DNA from: Magallana gigas
Taxonomy: Eukaryota
Assembly (NCBI RefSeq): GCF_963853765.1
Contig: NC_088858.1
Span: 49,600,001-49,664,000, forward strand
Reading direction: 5' to 3'
Length of the DNA: 64,000 bases
A program made the translations under genes and the position numbers. Positions 24,948 to 44,774 of this stretch are shown here, in pieces. The notes under the pieces were generated by a model that searched no databases, was not told the DNA's origin, and saw only the letters and a program-made list of their open reading frames with translations. Within the stretch, counting starts at the first letter, position 1. Each line of letters begins with the position of its first letter.

Positions 24948-25128
24948 TGTTGCTGATGTGGATATTGTTTCTAGTTATCCAGTCTAAAAATCCTAAGAAT
25001 TTCACCAGATTTCTTCCAGTAATCCTCGAGAAATGTCAGTAAACAAGTCTCACTAGACATTCACATTCGGCTAACGTACATCAACCATGGCTCAACAACA
25101 ACTTGTCATCAGAAAATTCTTTGTAATG

Positions 25129-25189
25129 ATTGGTCCAATATCACGTGGGCGTTCTTTACTTGACCAGAATTCCTTGCGAGCGCATGCGC
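25129..25189. promoter_or_regulatory. Probable ARID4 promoter: paired CCAAT, E-box and NRF1 palindrome
   Basis: ATTGGTCCAAT 25129-25139, CACGTG 25142-25147 and GCGCATGCGC 25180-25189 in a CpG-enriched patch about 200 bp upstream of the ATG exon. Confidence 0.55.
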
Positions 25190-26037
25190 CCTTTGCTGTA
25201 TACGGCGGAAACACATGATTTTGGTTGTGATACCTGTACAATTTTCTTGGTTGTTTTTCCTAATAGATTCATTTTCAATACCCTACAGGACTTGAATACA
25301 TGCACTTTAGTAAATGATCTTTCATTTCTAGCAGTATATGACGGCATCCACGCACCAGATAATATATTTAAAGTATCAAATATTTTGACATTTGCCTAAC
25401 CAATTTCAACAACATCCGGGCATTTTATAGGTGGCGCTTGTAGTTTGTCAATAGACAATGACTTTTTGCGGGAAAAATGAAAATCATTTTTCTGATGAAA
25501 AGTATTTTTAAAATGATTTTATTTGATTTGCCACACATAATTAATGTATTGTTTAAGATAATTTAATAGATGTGATATATTAAGGCTATACAGAAAAGTT
25601 TCGATTGATCAGCTTACAGAGCTACCCATATTTACAGTGACATCCAGGTCTGCAGGCTTCATGACATCATAACTGACAGAAGCTACATAGATGTGTCTAC
25701 TTATCTAAAAAAGAACAACACCTGAAATTATGACATTCGAATCAACATAAATATTTGAAGGTATTTTGCTGAACTTTCGGAAGTTATTGCAGATCATGTA
25801 TATTGTCAATATACTATTTAATAGTATGTGTTGACAATTTAAATAAGATATTTATTTAATACAAATTTTATTATCTACTTGGTTTGGGTATGTGCTTGGA
25901 AAGACAGTATAAATGACTCACAGTTGTCAAATTTATTCTTCAAAAATGACATGTATTTACCTATCAATAATAAACATGTAATTATGATTTGGCTTTAGTC
26001 TGTACTTTGGAGGACAGAAAAATCATTTATCCCCGAG

Positions 26038-27015
26038 TACCCAAACTCCGTCACCATAAGTAGAAAACATTCCGCGTTTCTCTTCAATTTATTTTTTGCG
26101 GTTTTTATCATTTGCAATCACTAAATATAATCTGAAACGTTATAATTTATAAAATTATTTACAAAAATAATTTTATTATTATTCAAATAAGCCCTCTGAA
26201 TACGACGTTTATCACACGTGCTATCATAAATTATGAACCTAACTCCGTCACCCACATGATCTATGATACGCCAGAGAATGAAGACACATTAACAATTTAG
26301 TTTAAACTCAACTTGTATCTAGGCCAAGTTATTTTAAGTAAAATCGGTGTATACAATTTAAATTGTATTTAATTTCATCAAAGTGAAATGATCGCCAGAA
26401 TTAAAAAAATTGGTCCTTGTAACAACAATCACAATTACCTTTTCAGAATGTATGGAAGCCGTTTGATTTCTGTCCTTACATATTTCAAAAATATCATCAA
26501 TAATGAATATAATGATGATTACATTATTTATTTATTACATTTTTAAAAAATGTTGCATATTCTAAATACCGACATACCGTATATATTTGTAACCCTGTAT
26601 AAGGCAAAAATTACGGCATGGGCGATTTGCATTATCATCAAGTGTAGTGCATGAATGCTATTGCGGACTGAAAAAAATGTATTGATAACCTTATAATAAA
26701 AAATAAATTACATGTGAAATATTTCATCTTGACCTCTCTTAAAATGACTGAACACCGTAAATCATCGAATGGGCCCGCATGTCAGAAATATTGTTATTTT
26801 AGTGCACCCGTGAAAAAGTGTTAGCTGATTTCACGCAATTATTGTTGCATAAAATGAACAAGGTGTAATTTTGTTATGTTTGAACACATTCTTAAATTTA
26901 ACCATTGTAAATTGTTGACATTTGATTGAAGTTTTTTGACATTCAAAAAATGACGTCATAACCGCACTTGATTTTAAACGGCGAGGAGTTTCCCGAAAGT
27001 GACGGAGTTGGGGTA
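26038..27015. mobile_element. TA-flanked MITE-like element of about 980 bp
   Basis: Ends TACCCAAACTCCGTCAC / GTGACGGAGTTGGGGTA; an extra AACTCCGTCACC copy at about 26241. Confidence 0.6.
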
Positions 27016-27112
27016 GTGACGGTGTTAGGGGGCTATGCGATATCAGAATGGATTTCAGAAACGTTCCTAAATGTACTGGTAAGAAGATGTTACTGTTTCT
27101 TTTCCAGATTAA

Positions 27113-29942
27113 ATGGACAATGAACATGTTTCCCCTTTCTATGATTACCTGGCAGGTGCCATAGCAGGTAAAAATATGTATTCTTATTGTAACCAGCTGT
27201 GTTATTCAAAATTTTGAATTTTTATGTAATAATACTGAACTTAAAAATATATCATCACTAAAACTTTATATGTTTGATTATATCCTCAGAAGTATTAAAA
27301 AAATTGGTCCAAGATCTAACATGAACTGAGTGTATAGTGGTATATTAATTACATCACTTTGAATTAATGAATTCATTAACCCACAGTATTATTGACGAAC
27401 TGAAAATTATTTATTATTTAATATTTTGAGCTGTATATGATTTCTCTGAATTCACTAAAAGAAGCTGTATAATAACATTTCAAGGAATAAGGAATCATAT
27501 TCTATGAGTATTATGAGGTCTAGTATCACATTGACAAAGACACTTGAAAATGTAAATATTTATAAATGAAATGTACGTCAAAGCCTTACTGTCTTATGAT
27601 CATTATGTCTCAGAGAAACAGTCAGGAAAGTTATTTAATTGTTTCATTAGATCTGAAATTTATGAATGTTACAATATTGAATAAGTCAATCTACTTCTCT
27701 CGTTTTTTATTTTTTTTAATAAGTTGACTTTAATTGTACTATTTACAGGGAAAATTCGCCACTTTTGCCCTTGTTATCACTGGCAAATTTAAGACTTAGC
27801 AATTTAAATTTATCTTTTTATCTCTCGTTTATTACAACTGTCTGGGCAAATTCAAGACAGGTCGAAACTATTTGCAAGTGAAGAAATGCAAAATTGACAC
27901 AGGGCAAAAATAACCCTTGATGCAGTAAATTAATGTTTAGAAAAAGATATTAAGTTGACTTTTGGAATTTTTTTTTCAAGTAGATAAGTTGACTTATAAA
28001 TGTTCATAAGTGGCTGATACATTGACTAATGAATGATATTTTGATTGATAGATATTCATAAAATAAAATGAATGAGATGTTGACTGATAGATACATGTGT
28101 ATTCATAAATGAGTGATATGTTTACAAATGGATGATGAGTTGACTTAAGGATGTTCCCTCTGACAGGTTCTGTGGGCGTGGTCACAGGGCATCCATTCGA
28201 CACAGTGAAGGTTGGACATTTCAGATAAACTCAATCACATGTACCTGTAGAGTATTCATTGTTGCAATGATACAGTATTTTATGTGGACTAACTTGATAT
28301 GATTTAGAACAAATCCTAGATCCAGTTATGTGCAAAAATACATGTTTTGTGAAATAGGTTTATTTCCATACCATTTTAATCAATATTATTCTTACATAGT
28401 TCATATACCGGTAGAAATAAAAAAAGAAGTTTTTCAAAAGACATTCTGCATCATATTAATATGTGAGTGCTTTATATTTTCTGTGTAGGTTCAGCTTCAA
28501 ATCCGACAAGCAAATTTGGAAGTTGTGTCCCTTAGAGAATGCTTCCAGGCAGTGAAAAATCAGAATTTGGTAATACATGTTTTATTTTAGAATGAACTGT
28601 ATTAATACCAGTAATTGAATTATTAACTCACCTGACAAAAGAACCAAGTGAGCATTTATAATCAAATTTTCACATTCTTCTCAATTTCAAATAAACTTTG
28701 CATGGATCATTATTGAAGGCTTTTAAGTTACAGTACTCGTAACTGTTTTCAAATAAAGGGACATCTTAATCTTCTCTTTTACAAGGAAGCTTCTTTATAA
28801 AGTTTGGTTTAAACTGTCCCTAGCTTAGTCATTGCTGGGGCCTTAGTGCAATATATGAGGACATTCTTTTTTTAAAGAATAATACACCAAACTGCAGTAT
28901 ACATATATTCTGTTATAGTATAAATTAAGGTATGTTGTTCAAGCCATAATCTCCAGATAAATATTTATTTATCTGTGTTTTAGGCCAAAGGATTTTTCCG
29001 TGGTCTGTCATGGCCCATGCTCTCCTATGGAGCCATCAACTCGGTGTTCTTTGGTGTTTATGGCAGCACCATGAAGTACCTAGACGCTGATATATCAGGG
29101 AGGACTCCTCCGGACTACGCCAAAATCTGCATGGCCGGAGGGCTGGGTGGGACATGTCAGCTGGTCCTAGCAGTGCCCATTGATGTGATAAAGGTGGTGC
29201 TGCAGTCCCAGATACCCCATGGAACCACCAGTATGTACACAAATATACACTAAAACACTGATACAACAAACACAAATTAATGCTTAAAACACAGTTTTGT
29301 TTCTTTAATAACATTGTATCATAATCCCATGTAGTAAAATTATTCAGAAGTTCGTGAACTTTAAAATGATGGTGTTCATATTGAAACACTTTTTAATATT
29401 CAAATATTGTAACATTCAATTAAAATACTTTAGATTTTGGCTTAAAATTTAGATATTTATGTATTACAGAATACCAAGGGAAGTACTATAAAGGACCAAT
29501 AGAGGGAACACGTGACATCCTTAGGAGTCGCGGGTTGGTTGGAATGTACAGGGGTCTTCCCACCCAGGCTCTCCGAGATATCCCAGCTTCTATCGCCTAC
29601 TTCCTCATCTACGAATTCCTCATTTATCATGGAGTGAAGAACTTCCCAAACATATCATCCACATTGCAGAGTTTTGTTTTTGGTGGAGTGGCGGGGGTTG
29701 TAAGTTGGGCTCTAATAATGCCATTTGATGTCATGAAGAGTCGGATTCAAGCTGACAGCGACAGGAAGCTGTACTCGGGATTCTGGGATTGTGTGGTGAA
29801 GAGTTACCGGTCAAATGGAATAAAGATATTTTTCCGCGGACTTTCAATGACCAGCTTAAGGGCTTTCCCTGTAAATGGCATGACCTTAATGACACATATG
29901 GAACTTCTGAAGTTATTTGGAGAGAAAAAACACCAGCAGTAA
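27113..29942 (+). CDS. SLC25A45: Mitochondrial carrier, SLC25A45/47/48/29-like, 299 aa
   Basis: Exons 27113-27167, 28167-28210, 28489-28569, 28984-29230, 29470-29942 (900 nt). Three carrier repeats with Px[DE]xx[KR] motifs: GHPFDTVKVQLQ, VPIDVIKVVLQ, MPFDVMKSRIQAD; also FFRGLSWPML and LRAFPVN. Subfamily assignment is less certain than the family assignment. Confidence 0.85.
27737..27927. mobile_element. TA-flanked MITE (degenerate)
   Basis: Ends TACTATTTACAGGG.AAAATT... / ...AAAAATAACCCTTGATGCAGTA; lies in SLC25 intron 1. Confidence 0.6.
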
Positions 29943-31364
29943 TACAAAGATTAATTGTTGACGAATTTCTATTTTTGTATAACATAACAATTTGAAATCC
30001 ATTGTTGACCACACTATCTCTTCCAAATTCTAGAAGTGTGATATCTATTATCTAAAATTGGAATATTTGTTATATTTGCTCTGGTTTCAAGATTGTGTTA
30101 GGTTTTACTTTCTTTTAGCTCTCAGGTAGCAGATAAATTTGACTCTACACATTTTGAAATCCATTGCTGCACACAAAATAATCACTTAATATACCAAGAA
30201 GTGTGACTTATCTTGAATTTTATATTCAATAAAAAAGGCAGCAAATATTTTTTTTTAATTTGTTAACGAATATCCATAAAGCAGGCAGGTTATTTTTGCA
30301 GGTTAAGATACTACGGTATGTAGTTCATGTTATCATTTATTTTGACATGGATAAGTATGGGAATTTCCAAATTTTTCACTGTATAAGTATCCACAGAATT
30401 AATTTTGGCATCTTTGTTACAGTATTAACATTCTAATTAAGCCAAACAGAATAATCGCCTAATGGTATGCATGTACAGGTATAATGTTTTTTGTCAAAGA
30501 AAATTTTTATATCATTGTTTAATTTGATTGGTACAATTATTGATAATATATATGATCAAATTTTAATATTATATGTACATAGATTTTTGGGAAAGGAATT
30601 TGCCTAATGATTACCGTTTAGTTTTTATATGTACTGGATAAATGTATTACAATCAAATAGTACGGTTTGTGATGCGGTATGATTTTATCAACTTGTGTAT
30701 TTGTAATACCCTTCCCAAAGCTTTAGTTACATATGGAAAACCACAGAAATGTTGGATCAAAACTTTCCTTTGAAAAATTACGGTTGATAAGAGATACAGA
30801 GATTGAGTTCTTCAATGTCTCAATAGTGAATATTTTTACATTTTACATGTATAATGACATCAAAAAAACGTTGCAGGTTAAATGTTTACATGACAATCAT
30901 TTTGTTTCAGTTAAATGGCGAATATGCTTTACTGTCTCTTTGAATACATGTACACTTTAACAGACATGACAATTTTTTTTTAATATCTTGTTTGAAATTA
31001 TTTTTTTACATATATAATGTGCATTTTGAAATCTTTTCATAATACATTTATATACTTACTATATCTCCATGTACCCAATATATTTGTTAAATAATTCTTA
31101 GCAATGTGTATTCAGGTGCAATTCAACTAATAAATTTTATAAATTAAATTATACATAAATGGCAATGAAGAGCATCTTTTCTGGGGGGTTTTTTGGGCTT
31201 TGATTTTTGATATGGCTCTGTGTAGTCGTACAAAAACTCAAATAGTTTTCACAACAGGACCCAGACTCACAAAATAAATGAACTAGACCTTTAATACTGC
31301 AAAAATGAAATACTAACGTCTGTTATTGGAAAACAATTATTTATTACACTAAACAAGATAACAG

Positions 31365-34300
31365 TCAAATCTCCAGCCACTCCTTCATATAAACACAGGT
31401 AGTTGGTGAAACTGCTCCACCCTCATAGCACTGGTCAAACACCTGAAGGAAATAAATCATTATACTAGATAAACAAAATTGTTGAGAGAAAATATTGTGA
31501 GAACCTTATCTTTGCAAATACATGTAATTCTTGCCCAAACTTATCCTTTGTCATCTTTTGTACACGTTTAAGATTACATGTATTTACAAATTAAGGCTAA
31601 AATCTTGAAATTCGGTTGCTACAAACAGGTTTATCACTTGATATTTGCCAATAAACCTGTCATGAATATAGTTGGTTTACAGCTAATAAACATAGATTGA
31701 ATATAAAATGAAACTATTAATTGAAGATTGCAGTAACTTTATAAACTTTGTATAATGTACATTAACATTGTGAATCATCATAAAGCATGAAAACTATTAG
31801 AGTCTGATGTTGACTTACAGGACAGGCTCCGCACGGCATTCTCATCAGCCCCGTGGTGGGGATGAGCGGTTGGACTGATCGGTACAGCTTTACGTAACCG
31901 TCCCCGCTGGCTGTGGCTTGTCCCGCCACCAGGGAGCGCTCTACCTTCCCGTCATATATCAGAGTGTTCAGGATGGTTTCTATGTCCTCCTTCGATAGTT
32001 GGACCTGTAAGAATAAGAATGATAAATGATGATCATAAACCTTACTTTATTACACATGTATGCCTTACAAAGTACTTGTACAACAATCTTTTTTGAGCAT
32101 TGAAACAGAATTTTTTACAGCAATATATCAAGAACTGAAGTAACTCCTGTTTAGTTAGTATGACACCTACCTTACTGATACCGAGGTCTGAGATATATTT
32201 CCAGACATCTTCTAGAGGAGTGAATGAGGCATTTCTTTGAGCGATAGGGTCTGATTTTGCCTCCCTTGCGGCAGCAGCCTACAATTATCACAAAGGAATG
32301 TTAATCGATAAGATTAAATTCAGCATTTTTGATGAATAGAAATTTTGTCATGTACAGTCTCAAAAAAAAAGTAATAAAAAATTCATGATTATACATTAGT
32401 TACACATTACAATATATTTGTGTATCGTGTATCCTTTGCAAGTGCAATACATAATAATGCATGACAACATTTTCTCATCAGAAATTGTTCATTCCTTTTC
32501 ACTGAGCTTATGTTTAGCACTGTATCAATCTTCACTTGGACTCACCCTCTGCTCCAGATATTTGAAACATTGTTGGTTCAGAACTTCAACAAACTCTGAC
32601 TCAAAATCCTGGTCACTATACCATGCCCCACCGGTGACTGAGCGGTCAGGCTCCAAGTTGTACAACATGTACACTTTCTTCTTAGAAGCCTGTCAATCAA
32701 ATCAAACATAACCTGTCAGCAAGGATTTTGCTTCAAGTTGCCAAAAAAAAAAAACCCAAAAAACAAGGTATTGTAAAAATGTATGTAAAAATGGTCCATA
32801 TATCACTTCACAGATACCAACAAGGGGGAAACTAAAACAGAAGGCAGATAATTTAGTCTACATGTACCAATAAACAGTTCATATGACTAGACAGTTCATA
32901 TCAATGAACAGTATACTATTGGACATTATATTAGTACACCACGGATAGATTACAGATAGGTGATACCAGTGAACCTATACAAATGGACAGATCATACCAA
33001 TGCACAGATTATAAAATTGGATGTATTGTACCAGGGAACACTTACTGCCACAGACTTGACAGCTTTAATCAGTTTCTTGGTTTCCAGGTTCTTTAGGATC
33101 TTGTTGACTTGAGTTAGAAGTAGATTGCACTTGAATCTAATGTCTCTGATCCATATACCTTTTCAGAAATAAAACTCCTTAAAACATTGAAGTATTAAAA
33201 GAATGCATCCAAAAAACTTATCAAAATTCAGCTATTTGTTAAAATACCTGAGTGATATTGATATCATGGTGCATATAAACGAATACTTTTATAACTGTGA
33301 TAAATCTACAGACCTTTGTTTCCAGCATCCTTAATGATCTGATAAACCAATTTCTCTTGATTATCTCCTCCTTTCACTTGGCTTTAAAAAAAATGAAAAG
33401 AATTGAGTATGTGATGCACAAGCACATTTTTCAGTTACTGTATTCTCTGGTGCATGTATTACAACTTTCATAATATAGAATCAGCTTCAAGTGTTTAACT
33501 ACATGTACTTGCCTTGCAGAGTCTGGATCCTTTAGTCTGTACAAAAGCTTGCTTCCACTTTTTAATAAATCTATTTTGCCCTAAAATGTAATTTTTAGAC
33601 ATTGAATATTATTATGATTTATGCTTGTATGCATGCAAAGTCATAAATCTACTTGTTATCCCATTATCTTGATATGATATCTTATATATGTCATCTACAA
33701 AAAATTGGGTTTTGTCACCAAAATTTTTTTTTTGCTTTTTTTTTTTTTTACAAAACCAGGATTTCTGGGCATTTTTAAATCTTAATCATGAAAGTGGGAT
33801 TTGCCTTTTCGACAACCAAGGTAGATAAAATTGGGATAATCCCCTTAGAATCAGGGAGTTGGCATGTACAGTTATAATGCCAAAGAGTTGTAATAAATAC
33901 TGATTATCAGCTAGCATATAAATTAAAGCATTAACAACATTAAAGTTCATGGGTTTATGGATTTTCTCAGTTTCAAATACAATGGAATCACCAAAAAGGT
34001 AGTAATTCAATTACCATACACAACCTTTCTGTATTAACACCAGTGAGGGATACCAAAGGCATCTACAATTCAGGCCTGGTCCCCAACAAATTATACTACA
34101 TTGTATTTTGCAGTTTTCTGTATTGGATTGGGCTGTTAACATGCATAACTCATTGTAAATTAAAGTACCAAGCCATCAACAAATAAATGGCTTCATGATT
34201 TTCTTCACACAATAACCACTCGCTACCTTTTTCAAAATAAATGAGTTATTCATTTGAAATGGACTTTCCATTCAGAGAACTTAAAGAATTAAGATATGCA

Positions 34301-35304
34301 GATGAAATACAATGTACAATGTATTTGCAAATTTTCTGTTACCATGGAGAGCAGTCTGTTGACAATGGTCATTCTCTGTTTGGTGTCACACTGGGGAAGC
34401 TCCTTCTGAATCACATTATCTGTGATTCCCTCTGGAGAGGCCTGACACAGCATAATAAATCTATAAAAGACGAAATGATTTTTGTTGTGCTATCATGCTT
34501 GCTTTTGGCAATACTCTAATTACAGTATATCCTTTTTCAAATTTTGATCTTCTAACTCGATCAACCTTTCTGTGCAATCTAATACTAATTAACTAGAATT
34601 AAAAATGTCCCCTTCATCTTCTCAGGTTAAAGAAAGTGGCTATATATAAAGTCTACAGAGCTTTTGTATTGCAAATGATATGAAATTTCTTGGATAATAA
34701 CACTGAAAGATTATGCGAGTAAGGTTTTCCAATAAAGAATTTCTGTAAGAAATCTGTTTTCATTCCGGTGAATTTCTCAGGGAAAAAATGGAATGATATG
34801 GCAATGAAGAAATATTAAAATTTTCGCCCCACGTCGTTCTTCTTTGACCCGAACAAGTCTTAATTTTCATTAACTGACATGTATGTGTATTTTTAACAAA
34901 ATTGTCAAAAAAAGACAGAAAAGGTAATATGAGACAGGTTATAGTATGACTTCAAAGGCAAAGAAGGCTTCATGCGCAGTTTTTAAGCTGAAGGTTACAC
35001 TTTAAAATTTGTGTCTGTATCCCTAAACTTCATGAAGCTGGTGATGAAATCACGGCTAAATCTTGCAAAGATATTAGGACATTTGCACAGCAATTAAATG
35101 TAAAAGAAAATTCAACTTATTGATTATCTATGCTTTGCAGACAGTTTAGTAGTTTGTTAAATACCATAAATACACCTTTACTTTATATTATTTTTAATTC
35201 AGAATTTACGTGGAAACCTTAAATTCAGTTCTGAAAAGTATGCAAAACCTTGTTTCAAAGTCCACTTCCTCGATAGGCTCTTCTTTAACAGCTGCTGTCG
35301 CCAT
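31365..35304 (-). CDS. POLR3F: RNA polymerase III subunit RPC6 (C39/C34), 312 aa
   Basis: Exons 35249-35304, 34343-34460, 33513-33580 (GC donor), 33314-33381, 33046-33158, 32546-32689, 32171-32278, 31819-32004, 31365-31442 (939 nt). Motifs EKLVYQIIKDAGNKGIWIRDIR, KKVYMLYNLEPDRSVTGGAWYSDQDFESEF, and the C-terminal Cys cluster PCGACPVFDQC...C.YMKEWL. Confidence 0.95.
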
Positions 35305-35711
35305 CTCTGATTCTACAAATTACAAACAACTTTCGTCATGCACACATGCTACTTTCATTTTCAAGCGGAAGTACAATCTTTAGTAAGCGTTTAGTAAATG
35401 ACATATCAAATAATCACTATATATGATATATAAATCATCAACAAACATGACAAAGGGCCAACAAAAATAGTTTTGATTGGTGTAACCGGCAAATACTGCG
35501 TTGCACTGTAGAAAAGTTCTTGTTAATGATCCCAGCGCAAATAATGGTCGAGATCGGAGTTCAAATATTTATGTTTTCAAAACAAACAAGGTTGAAAACG
35601 AACGAGAGAGGAAAATATCGACGTAAATCCTCTGTCTTCGTATTAATAGAAATATTTATTATGTATTTTTAATAAGCAAAGAGTCAAGTTAGAAAAGGAC
35701 ACTATCAAACA
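35305..35711. promoter_or_regulatory. Bidirectional promoter POLR3F / KAT5
   Basis: Divergent ATGs only 407 bp apart; GCGGAAGT (ETS) at 35365-35372; ATTGG (CCAAT box) at 35476-35480. Confidence 0.7.
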
Positions 35712-41003
<5,292 letters not shown>

Positions 41004-42476
41004 GAGGAGTCAGGACTTGGGGGGAAATATGTATGCAAGAGGTGGTGAAAAGTTTGTAAAGTTAGAAGTCATAATGAATGAACTTGTGGCTCATGATGAG
41101 CTCCAAGCTAAGTGATTTGGAGTTTGAGGAGGGTACTATTCATCTATAGCTTGATTGGAAAGCCAATACCAAGCAAATAATGAAATTATTTATATGGTTT
41201 ATCTCTTTCTCTGATGTTTATTGGTATGCAGAGATAAAGGAACACAACTGTATTTGCATATGCAGTGGCAGTTTGCAACTGCCCAAGATTCTTGATACAT
41301 GTACATGTACCGGAAATGGAGTTTTTTGGGGGGGTTATATAAATTTAGAATCTCAACCCTATGTAGAAATACAGGTAGTTCACAAGAACTATTTGATGAA
41401 ATAATGTAGTGTGCAAGATGTGTATCTATAGCTTGATATTTGAACATTTGTTTTATACTCATCAAGCAATTCCTTGTAATCCATGCAAATGAAATAAACT
41501 TACAAAAATCTTGAATAGGCTGGTTGTATTGTTTCCAAATAAATGTGTCACACTGCTGTATAAAATGGAAATGTTCAGCCTTGTTTTATTAAGAGTGCTA
41601 ATTTAAATTGAATTGAATATAAAATGGAAATGAAGTGCATTGGAAAAACAAACTGGATACAGTACAATGTATTAAGAGAAAACCAGTATATGAATCAATC
41701 ATAGAAAGCTGTCTGAAAGGCTCAATACAAGGGAGATACATGTAAATCATGCCGAAAGTTCATCTTAAAAGTGTGTTCCTAATTTCATATTTCAAGCTTA
41801 GCTTCAATTGATTAATTGCATAGAACTCTCTGTTCCTTAAGGGGGATGTGTGGCCATCTTGTACATTTGAGGGTAAGAATGTAAACATTTCTTGAACTGG
41901 CTTGATTCAGCCCGAAACTGGCCAAAACTGTTGCCAAAAGATATAGGGGATAAAAGCAATAAATATGAAGTCCTTCATGTCATTTTGTTTGAAAAGTATG
42001 CATACAAAAACATGACAATGCCGAACTAATGGTTGTAGAGAGGACACAAATGAACCCCCTTCATATTTTTAGATTTTTATATCTTCTTCAAAATAAGTCT
42101 GTAGCTGCACAGTTCGACAGCTGTTCTGAGTAATTAAATAAACATTGTCCTGTTCTTGTTTGGAAACTTTAAATAAATACTTCCATCAACATTCACATCT
42201 TTTTATGTCTGATAGAATTTACGTATTGCATCCATTGTTTGAAATATTAAATCCCATACATGTAAATATAATGGTTTCATTACAATTTTCTTGAATTTTT
42301 TGTAAAATGAAATGTTTAATATAGCTTCTTTTAACATAATGTATAGATAGAATTAACGTATCAATCATTGAAACTTGTTTTTCGCTATACTTCTACAAGA
42401 ATCCAAGAAAATTGATGTCCATTACTATTTATTCAATTTTGGAAATTTACGTGAACATGAAGCCACAGGTTAGGAG

Positions 42477-42514
42477 AAGGCTATAAGTGGACTAAAGGCT
42501 ATAAGTGGACTAAA
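42477..42514. repeat. 18-bp tandem duplication
   Basis: AAGGCTATAAGTGGACTA x2. Confidence 0.85.
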
Positions 42515-44774
42515 GATAAAGTAGTCTATGTCTCAGTAAAACAGAAAAAAACACTTAAGTGTTGGTACCATATTTTATTTGTACTCAAAGGAGACATAAA
42601 TTAACATTATGTACAAATAAACAATAAATATTCCTTACATTAACAAAATTAAGTGTAAATGAACATGATTTACATGTATTTTACATTTTCTGAAATATTG
42701 CAAACAATAAACATGAAAAATATATTGTAATTGTAAATTCATAATACAGTCTTCAGAAGTGATGAAAATCAAAAGACAGAACAAGAAAATCTTTAAATGG
42801 TATTCAAATAATTGTAAAGATAGTGTGCTTGATTGTACGTAAGTCCTTATACATTGTATGTTGGTCTACAAATTACACATTTGTACACTATGTGCTAAAT
42901 GCTGGAGCACATTGCTCGGAAATGCATCTAACAAGCACCGAAGGACTAGATGGTTACAATGATAAAACCAAGCTGGACGGATGGTCATAAAGTGTCATAA
43001 AGCGTTAGGAAATATTGGTGGAAGAAAACATTAACATAATTTGCATGCCTTGGTTTGGATGGATCATGAATACTACAAGTATAGCACAGAATCTCTGTAT
43101 ACCCTGAAAATACTGTCCACAAGGAGAAAAATAAAAGTAGAATCACACAAAGAGATCATCTAATTGTACGCATTACAAGTTACTCTGTATTCTCAGACAA
43201 TGCAGTTAGGAAAATATATAAGGCACAAAACTGCCTGCTGTTAATGGTTCTATCACAACCAGTAAATGGTATCACACTTTTAAGTAATGGAATGTAAATT
43301 TCCAACTGGTATGAAATATAATTTTAGTAATAAGTACAATAGTAAACTTGTCTATCAATGGTCATTTTTCATATTTAAAAATAGAGTTTATAAACAAACT
43401 GCTCGCATGCAACTGACCTATAAGTACATTGTGTGCAAGGTATGAAGGAATGCAAGGAAAATATAGACCTGTAATTACAGAGCAAGTTCTGTGCACAGAG
43501 CTCAGGAACATGATTGAAACATCACAGTAAACATAGAATAGGGTGTTCATTGCTGCAAATATCACCGTCTGACATAAAAATTACAATTCATAATATCACA
43601 TAAACTTTAACAAAGCCTTTTATCTTAAATTCAGGTTCCTTTCAACATTATTTCAATCAATTATGCCTTCATAAAATACTTGTCTATGTGCAAACAAATA
43701 TATTGGCGATGAAGCTTAACAACACAAGATATTATGGGGGAAATTCCAGGAATTGTATGGTAAAATAATGTTTATGCGCATACAAAGAATAACAATGTAA
43801 ATTTGTAAAATTAAAATGGTAAACAAAAAATATGTTACCATGCAACATGCAAGTAGATTAGCAGCCATACCACACAACTCTCTATTTCCACTCTTTTATG
43901 ATAAAAATGTTATTGAAGCATCACAATTTTTATTCTGTTTGTAAGGTGTCAGTGTGGCTACATTAATGTCACCAAGATTATGGTCAGAATTCTACTAGTG
44001 AGGAATGAACCAACGTCTAGCACCTGAGGTTTTTTTTTCAGAGTCTAGGTTACAAACAATTCAAAAAAGAAAAGAGAAAGATCCTGAGAGAAGAGCAATT
44101 TTCATGATTATCTAACCTTCAAGTGCTGAAAGATAATAAAATGACTTTATAGATACAAATAAAGGAAAGCTGAGGATGTTACAAAATTTAAGCAGTGCAA
44201 GCTAGAGACAAAATACGTTAAACTACGTGAAGCATGCGGACTATAGAGAATATCATGTGATCAATCTTATCAACTAAATGCCACGCCATCAAAGGGGGAC
44301 AACTCTATACCAGATCCTGTGACGACACATGCATTAACACCTTGTTCCCCTGCTGGAAAAAGAAAAATCCACATTCAGCTACAAATTCATCCAAATCAGA
44401 AGAAGAAAAAAATGAAAGAAATAACTTTAAAGCTATAAGAATATATTAACTTTCTTTGGTTCTGTTAGTTATATGGTAATTTTGAAACTGTGATTTATTT
44501 TTGAACATAAAAGCTACTAAACTGAGACCATTTCTACAACATAAAACATAAAAAAAACATGCTGTCAATTGTAAATAAATGTATAATTTGGATATATGAT
44601 GTTAGTGAATTCCCCATAACCTTGGTAACGCCACCTACCATAGAGAATTGTGTAAAATTCAGAGTACCCCTCGTGTATTGAACCTAATCACCTAATGCCA
44701 AGATCAATATCTAAAGAATCCCACCAAAAACAACACACACTATAAATAGTATCAAACTAAAACAAGAGTGTATA

